This document shows, in pieces, positions 1 to 10,100 of a DNA stretch of 64,000 nucleotides. Under the pieces are notes generated by a model, which worked only from the letters and a program-made list of their open reading frames with translations, was not told where the DNA came from and made no database searches. The first letter of the stretch is position 1. The number at the start of each line of letters is the position of its first letter. This DNA comes from an uncultured Spirochaetota bacterium (lineage in GTDB: Bacteria > Spirochaetota > Brevinematia > Brevinematales > JAOACQ01). The stretch lies in contig CAWIGG010000004.1 in NCBI GenBank assembly GCA_963835575.1, positions 256,001-320,000 of the forward strand. Direction: 5' to 3'. The translations under genes and the position numbers were made by a program.

Positions 1-144
1 AATAACACCGTCGCCGGCTAGCGCCGGGTAATTTTTCCCCTTTGTGTATGTGGTATGCGGGTTTTTAACGGCCGTCTTCGAAGAACACCCCGCGATTAAA
101 ATAAAAATAAACAAAGTGTATATTAATATGAATATTTTTTTCAT
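1..144 (-). CDS. Lipoprotein, 5' part only (runs off the window start)
   Basis: ATG at 144 with an AAGGAGG RBS. Translates MKKIFILIYTLFIFILIAG-CSSKTAVKNP..., a hydrophobic signal with an IAG-C lipobox. Lies 12 bp downstream of the M16 peptidase. Confidence 0.75.
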   Translation of the reverse strand, partial: MKKIFILIYTLFIFILIAGCSSKTAVKNPHTTYTKGKNYPALAGDGVI

Positions 145-156
145 ATACCCCTCCTT

Positions 157-2793
157 TTACTTCGCGCCGGCAATGCTGATAGTGAGCCTGTCCGGATGCA
201 GAAATTTCTTCGCGCATTCATTTACTTCTTCTTTTGTCACAGATGAAAGAATTTTCAGGTATTTATTAAGATAGTCCGGGTCCTGCCGGTAAAGGACAAA
301 ATTCTCAAATGTGTTCGCCTGGGAATTAATGGTTTCCAGCATGAAAGCGAAACGGGAAAGCATGCTGATCTTGGCCAGAAGGACTTCTTTTTCATAAACT
401 CCATCCTTCTGCACCTTTCTCAGCTCATCGATAAAAATTTCAATTGCCCTGTCGACAGTCCCCGGCGCGGTCTGGATATAGCCCTGGAACGGGCACTCGC
501 CGAGCGTTGATTCAAACCATGCTTCAGCATGATAGGAAAGGCCCAGTTTCACACGGATTGCCTGTATGAGCCGGGAGTTCATAAACCCTCCGTTCCCTAC
601 TATGGAATTCATAACGGCATTGGGAATATAGAGCGGGTCGTCATGCATCAAACCCTCCGCACCGAAACGGATGATCGACTGCTCCTTTTTGGGCATTTCT
701 TTCTTAACAACAATGGTTTTGTCCGGAAGCGTAAGGGGCGGTACAGATACAACATTTACTTTATCGCTTCCCTTCTTCCATGAGGAAAGGAATTTTACCG
801 CCTGCTGATACGCCTCTTCTTTTTTTATATTGCCGACGATGATCAGGACGGAACCGTTAGCCTGATAATATTTATCATAAAATTCCTGTACAGCCGGCAT
901 CATGATTTTATCGTAATCCGATTCAACGGCATCCTCTCTTTCACGGATGGGATGAAGAGGCGGATACAATAATTTATTCAGGTTTTTCTCGGCATGATAA
1001 TCCGGGTCATCGACATAATCGGAATGGATCACATCCCGCTTCAGGTCATTTTTTTCCATTTCCAGCACAAGAGGCATGAATTTTCTGTCTTTCAATGAAA
1101 GGCTGACCCATTCAATGATCCTTGACAGATGTTCCGGCATACCGTTCACGGAAAATGTCGCGTAGTCCAGCGAATTGCCCCATGAGCCTTGAGCCCCTTC
1201 AGCGTCGAGGTCATTCTTCAGCTTGATAAATGGACCGCCGTCAAAAACAAGGGAAGCTGTCAGGCCTGAAAGGTCCGGCTGCCCCGGCTTCTCAAAGCCG
1301 ATACCGGCATGGATTCCCAGCCGGATTGAAAGCTGCTCGTTCTGATGATTTTCCTTGATGATAATCCTGAGCCCGTTATCAAGTGTCCTGTCAAGAACAT
1401 CTCCTGAAAAGCGGTCGGCCGCGGCCTTGACGTCGAAGAGCATGTTTTCCACTTCTTTTTGATATTTTTTCAATTCTTCCTGCGAACCCTCGTTATTGAC
1501 GGAAACGGGCTCAGTCCTGACTGCGGCGTCATTCCTTGGTAATACAGGCTGAGATTCAATCCCGGCTTTCACGGAACTTACTTCCAGTATTCCTGTCACG
1601 GCGTTGGTCCTGTTCAGGTATTTATGGATAATGGATATTACCTCATCCGGAGTGATCTTTTTGAAATCATCCATTAATGCGTCATATGTCTTATAATCAC
1701 CTTTTCTCTCAAAGGCTCCGATGATATTTCCGATATCAGACAATCTTGAATAACTTGTTTTTTCCTGAGCGAAAAACTTTTTTGTCAGCCGAGGCAGGGC
1801 TTTTTTGATATAATTTTCATCTATGGTCTCATCAATATAATACGGTTTGTCCCCTCCGAAATCGGACCACATGACCGTATCATCGGGCGTTTCATAATAA
1901 CCCACCTCCCGTAAAAGATCGATGCTGGAAATGAACGAAAGCACTACCGAATCCACGTTTTTTATACTGGCCGGCGGCGCGTAATAGATGACGGAGCCGA
2001 AAGGGTCCGGCGCGACGCCCTGGACAATCACTATGTTTGTCGATCTATGAGCTGCCCTTAATACTTTTTCCTCCGCTATATTCTTTTTCTGAAGGCCGCC
2101 GAAGACATTCCTGATCTTAGCAAGAACATCCTGCGTCTTGATATCTCCGACTATAATCAAAAAAACATTGTTCGGCGCGTAAAATTTGTTATAGAATTTT
2201 TTCATATCATCGAAAGTCAGGCCGCTCACATCCTCTATTTCTTTTAATGACTCCTGTCTTCCCATCGGCAGACCATCAAAAGCCTCGCTGAACAATCTCT
2301 CATTCAGCAGGGAATCAGGCGAATTCCTGTTATTCCGTAGTTCGGATAAAACAACCATCCTTTCTTTCCGGAATTCCTCTTCATCAATTAACGCATTCTT
2401 CATTCTTTCCTTTTCAATATCCAGCGCAAGGTCCAGTTTCGAAGGCGAAAGAACTTCCCAGTAGGCTGTCGTATTGTATGCCGTCCAGCCGTTAGCCAGA
2501 GCCCCTGTTTCAGTCAGCAGTTTTGTTAGGTCGCCGCCGCGGTATTTTTTTGTCGAACGGAAAAGCATATGCTCCAGAAAATGGGCTGTCCCGACAATTC
2601 CGTTGGTCTCATTCCGCCTTCCGACTTTATACCACATGCCCACATAAACCAGAGGCGCGTTGTGCACTTCTTTTATCAATACCTTAAAACCGTTGTCCAG
2701 TTCATATTTATTCACTCCTTCCATAACGCTTATGGAATAAACAGAACCTGTGAATAATAGAAAAACAAAAAATAAACCCGTTTTTTTTATCAT
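157..2793 (-). CDS. Secreted M16 (pitrilysin/PqqL-like) zinc peptidase, four-domain form
   Basis: Signal peptide; inverted zinc motif GTAHFLEHMLF (HxxEH); NGWTAYNTTAYW; degenerate third domain; C-terminal RL..IR..LGLSY motif. Confidence 0.9.
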   Translation of the reverse strand: MIKKTGLFFVFLLFTGSVYSISVMEGVNKYELDNGFKVLIKEVHNAPLVYVGMWYKVGRRNETNGIVGTAHFLEHMLFRSTKKYRGGDLTKLLTETGALANGWTAYNTTAYWEVLSPSKLDLALDIEKERMKNALIDEEEFRKERMVVLSELRNNRNSPDSLLNERLFSEAFDGLPMGRQESLKEIEDVSGLTFDDMKKFYNKFYAPNNVFLIIVGDIKTQDVLAKIRNVFGGLQKKNIAEEKVLRAAHRSTNIVIVQGVAPDPFGSVIYYAPPASIKNVDSVVLSFISSIDLLREVGYYETPDDTVMWSDFGGDKPYYIDETIDENYIKKALPRLTKKFFAQEKTSYSRLSDIGNIIGAFERKGDYKTYDALMDDFKKITPDEVISIIHKYLNRTNAVTGILEVSSVKAGIESQPVLPRNDAAVRTEPVSVNNEGSQEELKKYQKEVENMLFDVKAAADRFSGDVLDRTLDNGLRIIIKENHQNEQLSIRLGIHAGIGFEKPGQPDLSGLTASLVFDGGPFIKLKNDLDAEGAQGSWGNSLDYATFSVNGMPEHLSRIIEWVSLSLKDRKFMPLVLEMEKNDLKRDVIHSDYVDDPDYHAEKNLNKLLYPPLHPIREREDAVESDYDKIMMPAVQEFYDKYYQANGSVLIIVGNIKKEEAYQQAVKFLSSWKKGSDKVNVVSVPPLTLPDKTIVVKKEMPKKEQSIIRFGAEGLMHDDPLYIPNAVMNSIVGNGGFMNSRLIQAIRVKLGLSYHAEAWFESTLGECPFQGYIQTAPGTVDRAIEIFIDELRKVQKDGVYEKEVLLAKISMLSRFAFMLETINSQANTFENFVLYRQDPDYLNKYLKILSSVTKEEVNECAKKFLHPDRLTISIAGAK

Positions 2794-2890
2794 AATGACT
2801 CCTCATTTATTTTAAAATTCCGCCGGGTAATGGTATCAGGGGCGGTTCTGTAAAACCTCACCCCGGGTTTTGGATTTCCGCACTTTAATA

Positions 2891-2919
2891 AATATACAAA
2901 CACAGTTCTATATTGTCAA
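2891..2919 (-). promoter_or_regulatory. Sigma70-type promoter for the M16 peptidase
   Basis: TTGACA-N17-TATATT on the minus strand, about 95 nt upstream of the ATG. Confidence 0.65.
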
Positions 2920-3061
2920 TAATTAAATCAATTAACCGCGGTTTTTGCGCAATTTTCATGCTTAACACTTTATTCATTAAATATGAGGCGGATATTAAAC
3001 TGTTTAATCCAAATGGAATGCGGTTGCTGGAATTGCCGCGGTATTTCTTTTTATATTCTAA

Positions 3062-4752
3062 CCTAAACTGAGCGATTCTTTATTAGCCGAATTATAAAAA
3101 ACCATGCTAAAATAGAATGGGGTAAGGAAATGGTTGCCGCCATCCTTACCCCGAAAAAACACCCATTGGGTGCAAAAGCAGGTTAATTATGGCTGAAAAA
3201 AATAAATATTGCAAAAATGAGATTTCTGAAATTGGAATAACGGATGATCTATTAAGCGGCAGGGGAGGATTGGCATTTTTTTGCAGATACCTCAAAGGGA
3301 CACACGTATTATCGCTGATTACTGGAATATTTGACGGCCTGCGGAAAAGTTCAAAAGGGCAAAAGATCGAGAATATACTAAAGCAGATATTCTGCTTTTT
3401 CGTTGACGGAAGCCAAAATACTATGACGAGGTTTGACGATCTGAAAAACAATATGGGGTATGCCGGGACAATTGAGTTCTCAAAGAATGAAATGGCATCC
3501 TCACATACAATGAAACGGTTCTTAGGCGCCGTAACGGAAAAAATGGTGAATGCTTTAGGTCATTTTTTACTGGAGTTGTTTATCTGGCGGCTCAAAATAA
3601 CCCGGCCAAAGGTAATTGTACTTGGTGTTGATTCGACGGTATTAGACAATAACAGCGCGCGAAAACGGGAAGGCGTAACTCTGACATATAAAATGGTAAA
3701 AGGGTTTCATCCTTTATTGTTCTATTGGGGGCCTTATGTGATTTATTCGCTGTTTCGGGAAGGGAGCGCACATTGTAATCACGGGAATGACCTGAACGAA
3801 TCGCTTGAAAAAATCATCGGAAAGATCCGTAAAGAATACGATAAAGACGTGCCGGTTATTGTTGTTTCAGATAGTGGGTTCAATGATCAGAAATACTATG
3901 AATGGATGGAAGAAAACGGACATTACTATATCTGCGGCGGTACAATGTACAACGACATCAAACTGGATTTGATCCGCAAGCTTCCGCAAGGCTGGAGCAA
4001 TTTTGAGAGAAAAGGCGATGTCTGGGAATATTGTGATTTTAGAGACAAACGGGAGAAATGGAGCAAAGGCCGCCGGGCGATTTACTGTAAAAGGGCAAAT
4101 AATGGAGATGAGTACCTTCTGGATTTTGCGAAACCGGATAATTTAATTTACACAAATTTATATAATCAGGAATTACTAAAAAAGGCAGGACTGGAAAAAT
4201 ACCTGGCGGCTAAAGAGATTATCGAACTTTATCTCTTAAGGGCGAAGGATGAATTGGTAAATCGGAGCGTGAAGGAGTTTGCGGATGAAACACTCCCTTT
4301 CAAAAGGTTTATCTCAAATGCCGCATACTATTTTCTGATGCTGATATCCCGCAATTTATTGATTGCTATGCAGGAAGACGCGCTTTCAGATAGCTTCCCA
4401 ATTGGCAGTTATCCGGACACTGTAAGACGGCTTTTTATTGACATAGCCGGAAAGATCGTAAGAAGAAGCAGAAAAATTGTATTGAAATTTCGGCATGAAG
4501 TAATAGACGAATTGGGGCTATTTAAAGTTTGGGACAAATGCCTGTTCGTTGTCCCAATATAAATTATTAAAGCTAAAAAACCGGATAAGGGGGTATTGCG
4601 CTCAAAACTAAAATTTCAACAAATAAGGACCTTTTCTAAAGGGTCTTGTACTTTAAATTGGATGGGTAATATCTCACTCCTTAAAATTTCTAAAACCCCA
4701 CCCGTTTAACAGGCCGATTTTTTGAATTAATAAAAGAATCGCTCAGTTTAGG
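3062..4752 (+). mobile_element. IS1380-family insertion sequence (~1.69 kb)
   Basis: Perfect 20-bp terminal inverted repeats CCTAAACTGAGCGATTCTTT at 3062-3081 and 4733-4752 enclose one transposase ORF. CC...GG ends and size are typical of IS1380. Target duplication is ambiguous. Confidence 0.9.
3189..4562 (+). CDS. IS1380-family DDE transposase
   Basis: 457 aa. Motifs SGRGGLA, VLGVDST, GFHPL, FREGSAH, VSDSGF, YLLRAKDE...KE, F..NAAY and R.LFIDIAGKIV match IS1380 transposases. Confidence 0.88.
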   Translation: MAEKNKYCKNEISEIGITDDLLSGRGGLAFFCRYLKGTHVLSLITGIFDGLRKSSKGQKIENILKQIFCFFVDGSQNTMTRFDDLKNNMGYAGTIEFSKNEMASSHTMKRFLGAVTEKMVNALGHFLLELFIWRLKITRPKVIVLGVDSTVLDNNSARKREGVTLTYKMVKGFHPLLFYWGPYVIYSLFREGSAHCNHGNDLNESLEKIIGKIRKEYDKDVPVIVVSDSGFNDQKYYEWMEENGHYYICGGTMYNDIKLDLIRKLPQGWSNFERKGDVWEYCDFRDKREKWSKGRRAIYCKRANNGDEYLLDFAKPDNLIYTNLYNQELLKKAGLEKYLAAKEIIELYLLRAKDELVNRSVKEFADETLPFKRFISNAAYYFLMLISRNLLIAMQEDALSDSFPIGSYPDTVRRLFIDIAGKIVRRSRKIVLKFRHEVIDELGLFKVWDKCLFVVPI

Positions 4753-4784
4753 TTATATTATATGCTTAAATTTCAGCAAAACTA

Positions 4785-4813
4785 TTGACAATTCATAATG
4801 CTTACATTAAAAT
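4785..4813 (+). promoter_or_regulatory. Sigma70-type promoter for the sugar ABC operon
   Basis: TTGACA(4785)-N17-TAAAAT(4808), 32 bp outside the IS right end. Confidence 0.7.
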
Positions 4814-4972
4814 TTACCCGTTTGGCAAGCTTTTGTATAATAAACACAATAAATACAGCAGAGGAAGAACTTAAAAGACGGGGACAATTTAAAAAGACCT
4901 TCTATTCAAAAGCCGGAGAAAAAGGATCTTTAAAAGTAAATCACTAAAAATATTTTTATAAGGAGAGAAAGT

Positions 4973-6277
4973 ATGAGGAAAAGTAGTCTGTTATCAGTTC
5001 TTTTGGCTCTAGTTGCAGTTGTGTTGATTGCAAGTGTTTCTTTCTCAGCAGTGAAACCTTACAACGGCGAAAAAGTGAACCTCACTATTGCCGTTTTCCC
5101 CAGCCTTGATGTCGCTTACAATGCTCTGCTGCCTGATTTTAATAAGAAATTCCCCAACATCACGGCAGAAGTGAAAGCTCTCGGTTACGGCGACCATCAC
5201 AACAACCTAATCACCGTTATCGCAGCCGGTAAAGGTGCTCCGGATGTTGCAGTTATCGAAATTGGTTTTATTGCACAGCTTGGCGCAGGCGGCGGATTCG
5301 AAAACTTATTAAAGGAGCCTTATAATGCCGGCCAGTACAAGAAGAATTTTACGCCTTACAAATGGGCCCAGGCTTCCACCAGTCCGACCGAACTTGTCGC
5401 TCTTCCTGTTGATATCGCTCCCGGATGCGCATTTATTTATCAGCCCAGCTGGACTTTAAAGAAAATCAATCCATCTAAAATCGCCACTATGGCTGATCTT
5501 CTTGAAGCCGGCAAAAAATTGACGTTTGATGCCAACAAAGACGGAAAAGTTGACCATTGGCTGTTGTCTCATGCTCAATATATTTTCAATATGATCTTCT
5601 GGTCTGACAAGCAGAGATATTTTGACAAAGATGGAAGACCCGCTCTCAATACTCCCAGAATCAAGACCGCTTTCGAATGGGCAAAGAAGTTCAGAGACGT
5701 CGGCCTTGATGCCAAAATCAACGACTGGTCCAACGAATGGTATGCTATGTTCAAAGAAGGTACAGCAGCTTATGTTCCTTCCGGCGCATGGCTTTGCGGC
5801 CATTTAAAATCATGGATCGCTCCTGATCAGAAAGGTAAATACAGAGTAGCTCTTCTTCCCGCTTTAAACAAAGGAGAAAAGCGTATGATGTTAAGCCAGG
5901 GCGGCTCTTTCCTTGCTATTCCTTCCCAGATTGAAGATGTAAATAAGGCAGCCGCATGGGAATTCATCAAATTTGCCTGCACAGAAGTAAAATCCCAGGT
6001 TATTTCCTTTGAAAAAGCCGACGCTTTCCCGGCCTGGATGCCTGCATGGCAGGACAAGATGTTCTCAGAAGGCGTTGACTATCTCGGCAACCAGAAAGCA
6101 AGATTATTGTGGATTGAAATCGCAAAAGCTATTCCCGAAGTTTATGTCAATCCAAAAGACAGTTTGGCCCAGAGTATTCTGACAACAGCTCTGTTCGATT
6201 GTCTTGATGGAAAGAAAGAAATCGCACCATCTTTAGTCGATGCTCAGAAAGAACTTGAAACAAAGATGAACCAATAA
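4973..6277 (+). CDS. Carbohydrate ABC transporter substrate-binding protein
   Basis: Sec signal without a lipobox; AAGKGAPDVAVIE, ALPVDIAP, GGSFLAIP and AAWEFIKF motifs; AAGGAG RBS. Confidence 0.9.
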   Translation: MRKSSLLSVLLALVAVVLIASVSFSAVKPYNGEKVNLTIAVFPSLDVAYNALLPDFNKKFPNITAEVKALGYGDHHNNLITVIAAGKGAPDVAVIEIGFIAQLGAGGGFENLLKEPYNAGQYKKNFTPYKWAQASTSPTELVALPVDIAPGCAFIYQPSWTLKKINPSKIATMADLLEAGKKLTFDANKDGKVDHWLLSHAQYIFNMIFWSDKQRYFDKDGRPALNTPRIKTAFEWAKKFRDVGLDAKINDWSNEWYAMFKEGTAAYVPSGAWLCGHLKSWIAPDQKGKYRVALLPALNKGEKRMMLSQGGSFLAIPSQIEDVNKAAAWEFIKFACTEVKSQVISFEKADAFPAWMPAWQDKMFSEGVDYLGNQKARLLWIEIAKAIPEVYVNPKDSLAQSILTTALFDCLDGKKEIAPSLVDAQKELETKMNQ

Positions 6278-6298
6278 TAGCATACAAAATTTAATAGC

Positions 6299-6332
6299 AG
6301 GGTTTGCAGGTTGACACCTGCAAACCCTTTTT
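6299..6332 (+). terminator. Intra-operon hairpin/terminator after the binding-protein gene
   Basis: AGGGTTTGCAGGT-tgac-ACCTGCAAACCCT followed by a T run. Confidence 0.8.
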
Positions 6333-6361
6333 AATATTTAATTTCTCTGGAGGTCATTACA

Positions 6362-7324
6362 ATGGCAACTAAAAAGTCTCTGGCGGTTAAAGGCGGCGGC
6401 GGATGGGGAACAATCGCCAGAAAGTCCGCTCCTTACGTCTTTATTGCCCCATTTTTCATATCGTTCATGATATTTTCCATTTACCCTATAGTGTACTCTT
6501 TTTATCTGAGCCTTGTGAAATGGAACGGTTCGGCCACCAACCTGCCGGATTTTGTGGGCGCTCAAAATTATCTCAATCTGCTTTTGAATGACTCACTTTT
6601 CTGGAAGTCGTTTGTTAACACCCTGGCCATGGCCGTCATCACCGCAATACCTCAGCACACCTTTGCTTTGTTTTTTGCCTTTATATTAAATCAGGGGTTT
6701 GTCAAATTTAAAGATTTCTTTAAAGGCATACTTTTTATGCCTTATGTCACATCCGCAATCGCGATCGGGCTGGTGTTCGGCGTAATCTATGGAAGAACAT
6801 ACGGCCTTTTCAATTACGGTCTGCTGCTTTTAGAAAAAATAGGCATAGTCGGTCCGGGAAATCTATTCCCCATATCCCCGCCTATTTTCTGGATCCGGGA
6901 TTTCTGCTGGCTTGCTATTTCTTCAATATCAATATGGCAATGGACGGGATGGAACGCGATTTTTTATTTTGCCGGACTCCAGGCCATTCCCGACAGCCTT
7001 TATGAAGCGGCCCGTATTGACGGGGCTAACTGGGGCCAGGTGTTCTTTCGCATCACGCTCCCTCTGTTAAGGCCTATCATATTTTTTGCCACAACAATGA
7101 CGATTATCGGGCAGATGCAGCTTTTCAACGAACCGATGATCCTTGTAGGAGGTGTGGACGCGATGCCCACGGTCTCAAACTTGGGCATGACGCTTGCCGT
7201 TTATCTTTATGCCCATGCATTTAAGTGGGGCAATTTCGGAACTGCCGCGGCGCTTTCTTATATTATGTTTGCATTCATCATCATTTTAACGGTTATTAAT
7301 AGAAGAGTCCTGAGAGAAAAATAA
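6362..7324 (+). CDS. Carbohydrate ABC transporter permease (MalF/UgpA-like)
   Basis: FVGAQNY; AGLQAIPDSLYEAARIDGAN (EAA loop); multiple transmembrane segments. Confidence 0.92.
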   Translation: MATKKSLAVKGGGGWGTIARKSAPYVFIAPFFISFMIFSIYPIVYSFYLSLVKWNGSATNLPDFVGAQNYLNLLLNDSLFWKSFVNTLAMAVITAIPQHTFALFFAFILNQGFVKFKDFFKGILFMPYVTSAIAIGLVFGVIYGRTYGLFNYGLLLLEKIGIVGPGNLFPISPPIFWIRDFCWLAISSISIWQWTGWNAIFYFAGLQAIPDSLYEAARIDGANWGQVFFRITLPLLRPIIFFATTMTIIGQMQLFNEPMILVGGVDAMPTVSNLGMTLAVYLYAHAFKWGNFGTAAALSYIMFAFIIILTVINRRVLREK

Positions 7325-7342
7325 CAAAGAGGTTTATGAAAT

Positions 7343-8260
7343 ATGGCGCATCTTAAAGAAACAGCTCAATCTAAAATTATACAGAAAGATCTGGCGGGCA
7401 GTCTTCATGTCAAACAGAATCCGGCCAGGATGTTTTTCAGGCTTTTATTGATGTATTCTCCTCTGATTATATGGACGATTATTACTATCTACCCATTCTG
7501 GTATATGATAGTCGTGGCCGGTAAAAGCCAGGACCAGATTTTTTCCTTCCCGCCGCCCATGTCCATCGGAAAGGATTATATAATCCAGTTCTTGAGTAAT
7601 TATCATAACTTGCTTGAAAGAATCCCCTTCTGGCGGAATTTGTGGAACAGCTTTTATATTTCTGCCATGGTCACTATCCTTTCGATCTTTTTCTGCTCTC
7701 TCGGCGGTTACGGCTTCGCGATGTATAATTTTAAAGGAAAAAATATCCTTTTCAGCTTTATGCTCATCACGATGATGATCCCGCCGCTGATCGGTATTGT
7801 GCCCTATTTTCTTATGATGAAAGCTTTCGGCTGGTATAATACGGCAAAAGCCATCTATATACCCGGCATCGCCAACGCTTTCGGTATTTTCCTTATGCGC
7901 CAGTACATTGAGGCCGCTATTCCCCTCGATCTTGTCGACGCGGCCCGCGTGGACGGAGGAACCGAGTTCTCCATTTACTGGAAGATCGTTTTTCCTTTGA
8001 TCGCGCCGGTGATCGGTTCTTTCGGCATCATTACTTTCCTGGGCAGCTGGAACAATTTTTTGGCCCCGCTTATTATTTTTAACTCGAAGGAAACCTATAC
8101 CATTCCCGTCTCTCTTAACGCGCTCAGAGGGCTTCAAAGCGTAGACTACGGCGGAATCATGGTCGGGACCTGTATTTCAGTTCTGCCTTTGATATTTGTA
8201 TTTATCCTGATGTCAAGGCTTATCATTTCCAAAGTGACAGAAGGCGCTTTAAAGGGGTAA
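7343..8260 (+). CDS. Carbohydrate ABC transporter permease (MalG/UgpE-like)
   Basis: FGIFLMRQY, DAARVDGG (EAA loop), WNNFLAPL and a GALKG C-terminus. Confidence 0.92.
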   Translation: MAHLKETAQSKIIQKDLAGSLHVKQNPARMFFRLLLMYSPLIIWTIITIYPFWYMIVVAGKSQDQIFSFPPPMSIGKDYIIQFLSNYHNLLERIPFWRNLWNSFYISAMVTILSIFFCSLGGYGFAMYNFKGKNILFSFMLITMMIPPLIGIVPYFLMMKAFGWYNTAKAIYIPGIANAFGIFLMRQYIEAAIPLDLVDAARVDGGTEFSIYWKIVFPLIAPVIGSFGIITFLGSWNNFLAPLIIFNSKETYTIPVSLNALRGLQSVDYGGIMVGTCISVLPLIFVFILMSRLIISKVTEGALKG

Positions 8261-8293
8261 AAAATACCCTGTAAATTCAATTTTTTTGTATAG

Positions 8294-8323
8294 AAAAACC
8301 CCGCTTTATAAGCGGGGTTTTTT
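8294..8323. terminator. Bidirectional rho-independent terminator
   Basis: AAAAACCCCGCTT-tat-AAGCGGGGTTTTTT between convergent genes. Confidence 0.88.
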
Positions 8324-8343
8324 ATTGCATAATTAAAAGTAAC

Positions 8344-9129
8344 TCATACCTTTCTTGCATACACCTCGAAAGTATCACCCAGACGCAAAGCTTTCTGAAT
8401 CATTCTTATCATAAGCCAATCCGGCAGTTTTATCCTTTCCGGATGAAGTCCGAAAAACTCAATTCTTTCTATTCTAAAGCCGTTTTCTTTCAGAAGTGTT
8501 TTTATTCCTTCCGGAGAAGGCTCAAAATAGTGCTCTTCAGGCCTCTTTTTAAAATAATCCTTTTTATTGAATAATGCATAGGCGCCGGCGGCGTTCGGCA
8601 CAGCCAGGGCCAAAATTCCATTTTTATTCAGCAGTTTTACCGCTTTCTTTATCCAGGATCGCGGGTCCTCCATATGCTCAAGACAATACCAGAGCGTCAC
8701 GGCGTTAAACCTTTCATTAATTTTTTCAATGCCGCTGTAACTGGAAATATTGAATCTCTTCTTCGCGAAATCCCTGGCGTATTTTGATATCTCAACGCCT
8801 TTTGAATGAAAGCCCTGAAGTTTCGCCTCGTGACAGAAAATACCCAGGGCAGAACCGATATCCAGATTGCTTTCACCGGATGGCAGTATTTTCCTTAAAA
8901 TCCGCAGCCTTCGTCTTGAAATTATGCGTATACTTTTCTCATCTTCCAGATATGTTTTCCCGTATGCCTTGACATGATTATTTTGAAAATAGTCCTTTTT
9001 GTATTTTTTTGATGACTTACCCTTCCTCTCCTGATAGTTAGACCGGCAATTCAGGCAGAGATGAAGCATGTAAAAACCGCCTTTATAAATAACCTTGTTC
9101 TTTTGATTGCCGCATAGGGGACATTTCAT
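8344..9129 (-). CDS. Class I SAM-dependent methyltransferase with an N-terminal zinc ribbon
   Basis: CPLC...CLNC; LDIGSALG; GVEIS; LEHMEDP; LAVPN. Start moved to ATG 9129 (GGAG RBS); the ORF track starts at 9150. Confidence 0.8.
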   Translation of the reverse strand: MKCPLCGNQKNKVIYKGGFYMLHLCLNCRSNYQERKGKSSKKYKKDYFQNNHVKAYGKTYLEDEKSIRIISRRRLRILRKILPSGESNLDIGSALGIFCHEAKLQGFHSKGVEISKYARDFAKKRFNISSYSGIEKINERFNAVTLWYCLEHMEDPRSWIKKAVKLLNKNGILALAVPNAAGAYALFNKKDYFKKRPEEHYFEPSPEGIKTLLKENGFRIERIEFFGLHPERIKLPDWLMIRMIQKALRLGDTFEVYARKV

Positions 9130-9315
9130 TTTAACTCCAAAATTTTTCATATAAAGGCACCGTTCGCAAAGGCAACTAAAATTTTCATATTTTGTTTATC
9201 GGTTTTTTATTTTGATATTACCAGCATCTATTTTATATTCATACAATATATTGTTTTATCCTGGTATTAGCCAACTATTTTTTCTTTCCATGCATCGTCT
9301 TTTTTATATTCTTCC

Positions 9316-9870
9316 TTAACGAATTATCAGGAGATTTCCTTTCTCCAGCGGAATTAACTCATACTGCTCCAGTCCCGTTTCTTTCAACTCCTGTTCAAGC
9401 TGCTCTTCCCTGCCCTTTAATAAAAAAAAACTTGTTCTCTCAGGCGCGTGCTTTTCAGACCATTCAACAATGTTTTTCACAGACGAAAAAGCCCGGCTGA
9501 TGATCACGCACTCCTTTTCAAAACGAAAACCCCGGTTCATATCGATCACATCCGCGTTCAGCTTGAGCTTTTTCGTGATGAATTCCAGAAATGCGAGCTT
9601 TTTAGAATCGACATCCGTCAGGTAAAAATGCCTGTCCGGCATGAGAATGCTGAGGGGCACTCCCGGAATCCCGCCGCCGCTTCCTATGTCGATGATGTCA
9701 GGAATATTCTCTTTCTTAAGATATTGATAAAGCGCCAGACAGTCCTTGATGTGGATTTCCTTAAAATCCTTCTCGGTCGACCGACCGATAAGGTTCATGC
9801 CTTTGTTCCATTTGAGGAGTTCTTCGGTGTAGATCTTCAGCTGAAGATCGGCCCTGGTTTTGTTGTCCAT
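9316..9870 (-). CDS. rsmG: 16S rRNA m7G527 methyltransferase RsmG (GidB)
   Basis: LLKWNKGMNLIG, HIKDCL, DIGSGGGIPG, KKLAFL, SRAF, LKG. Confidence 0.9.
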   Translation of the reverse strand: MDNKTRADLQLKIYTEELLKWNKGMNLIGRSTEKDFKEIHIKDCLALYQYLKKENIPDIIDIGSGGGIPGVPLSILMPDRHFYLTDVDSKKLAFLEFITKKLKLNADVIDMNRGFRFEKECVIISRAFSSVKNIVEWSEKHAPERTSFFLLKGREEQLEQELKETGLEQYELIPLEKGNLLIIR

Positions 9871-10100
9871 AATGTCTTCCTGTTGGGTTTATTCTGTCCT
9901 CGGCAATGCGTTTTTGTATGCATATTACTTATATATTACCATATTATTTCAATATTTTACAATTATAGAAAATGTCTATTTTGGACTGGTTGAATTGCAT
10001 TAAAAAAGAAATAAAAAAATAGTGCTTTTATCTAAAATAATATAAAATGTATTTCAAAACTTCAATTATTGATATGATTTTCATATAGAGGGTTAAAAAT

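Noticed and set aside
4815..4972. Riboswitch in the long sugar-ABC leader
   Set aside because: A-rich, with no stable stems or recognisable aptamer consensus.
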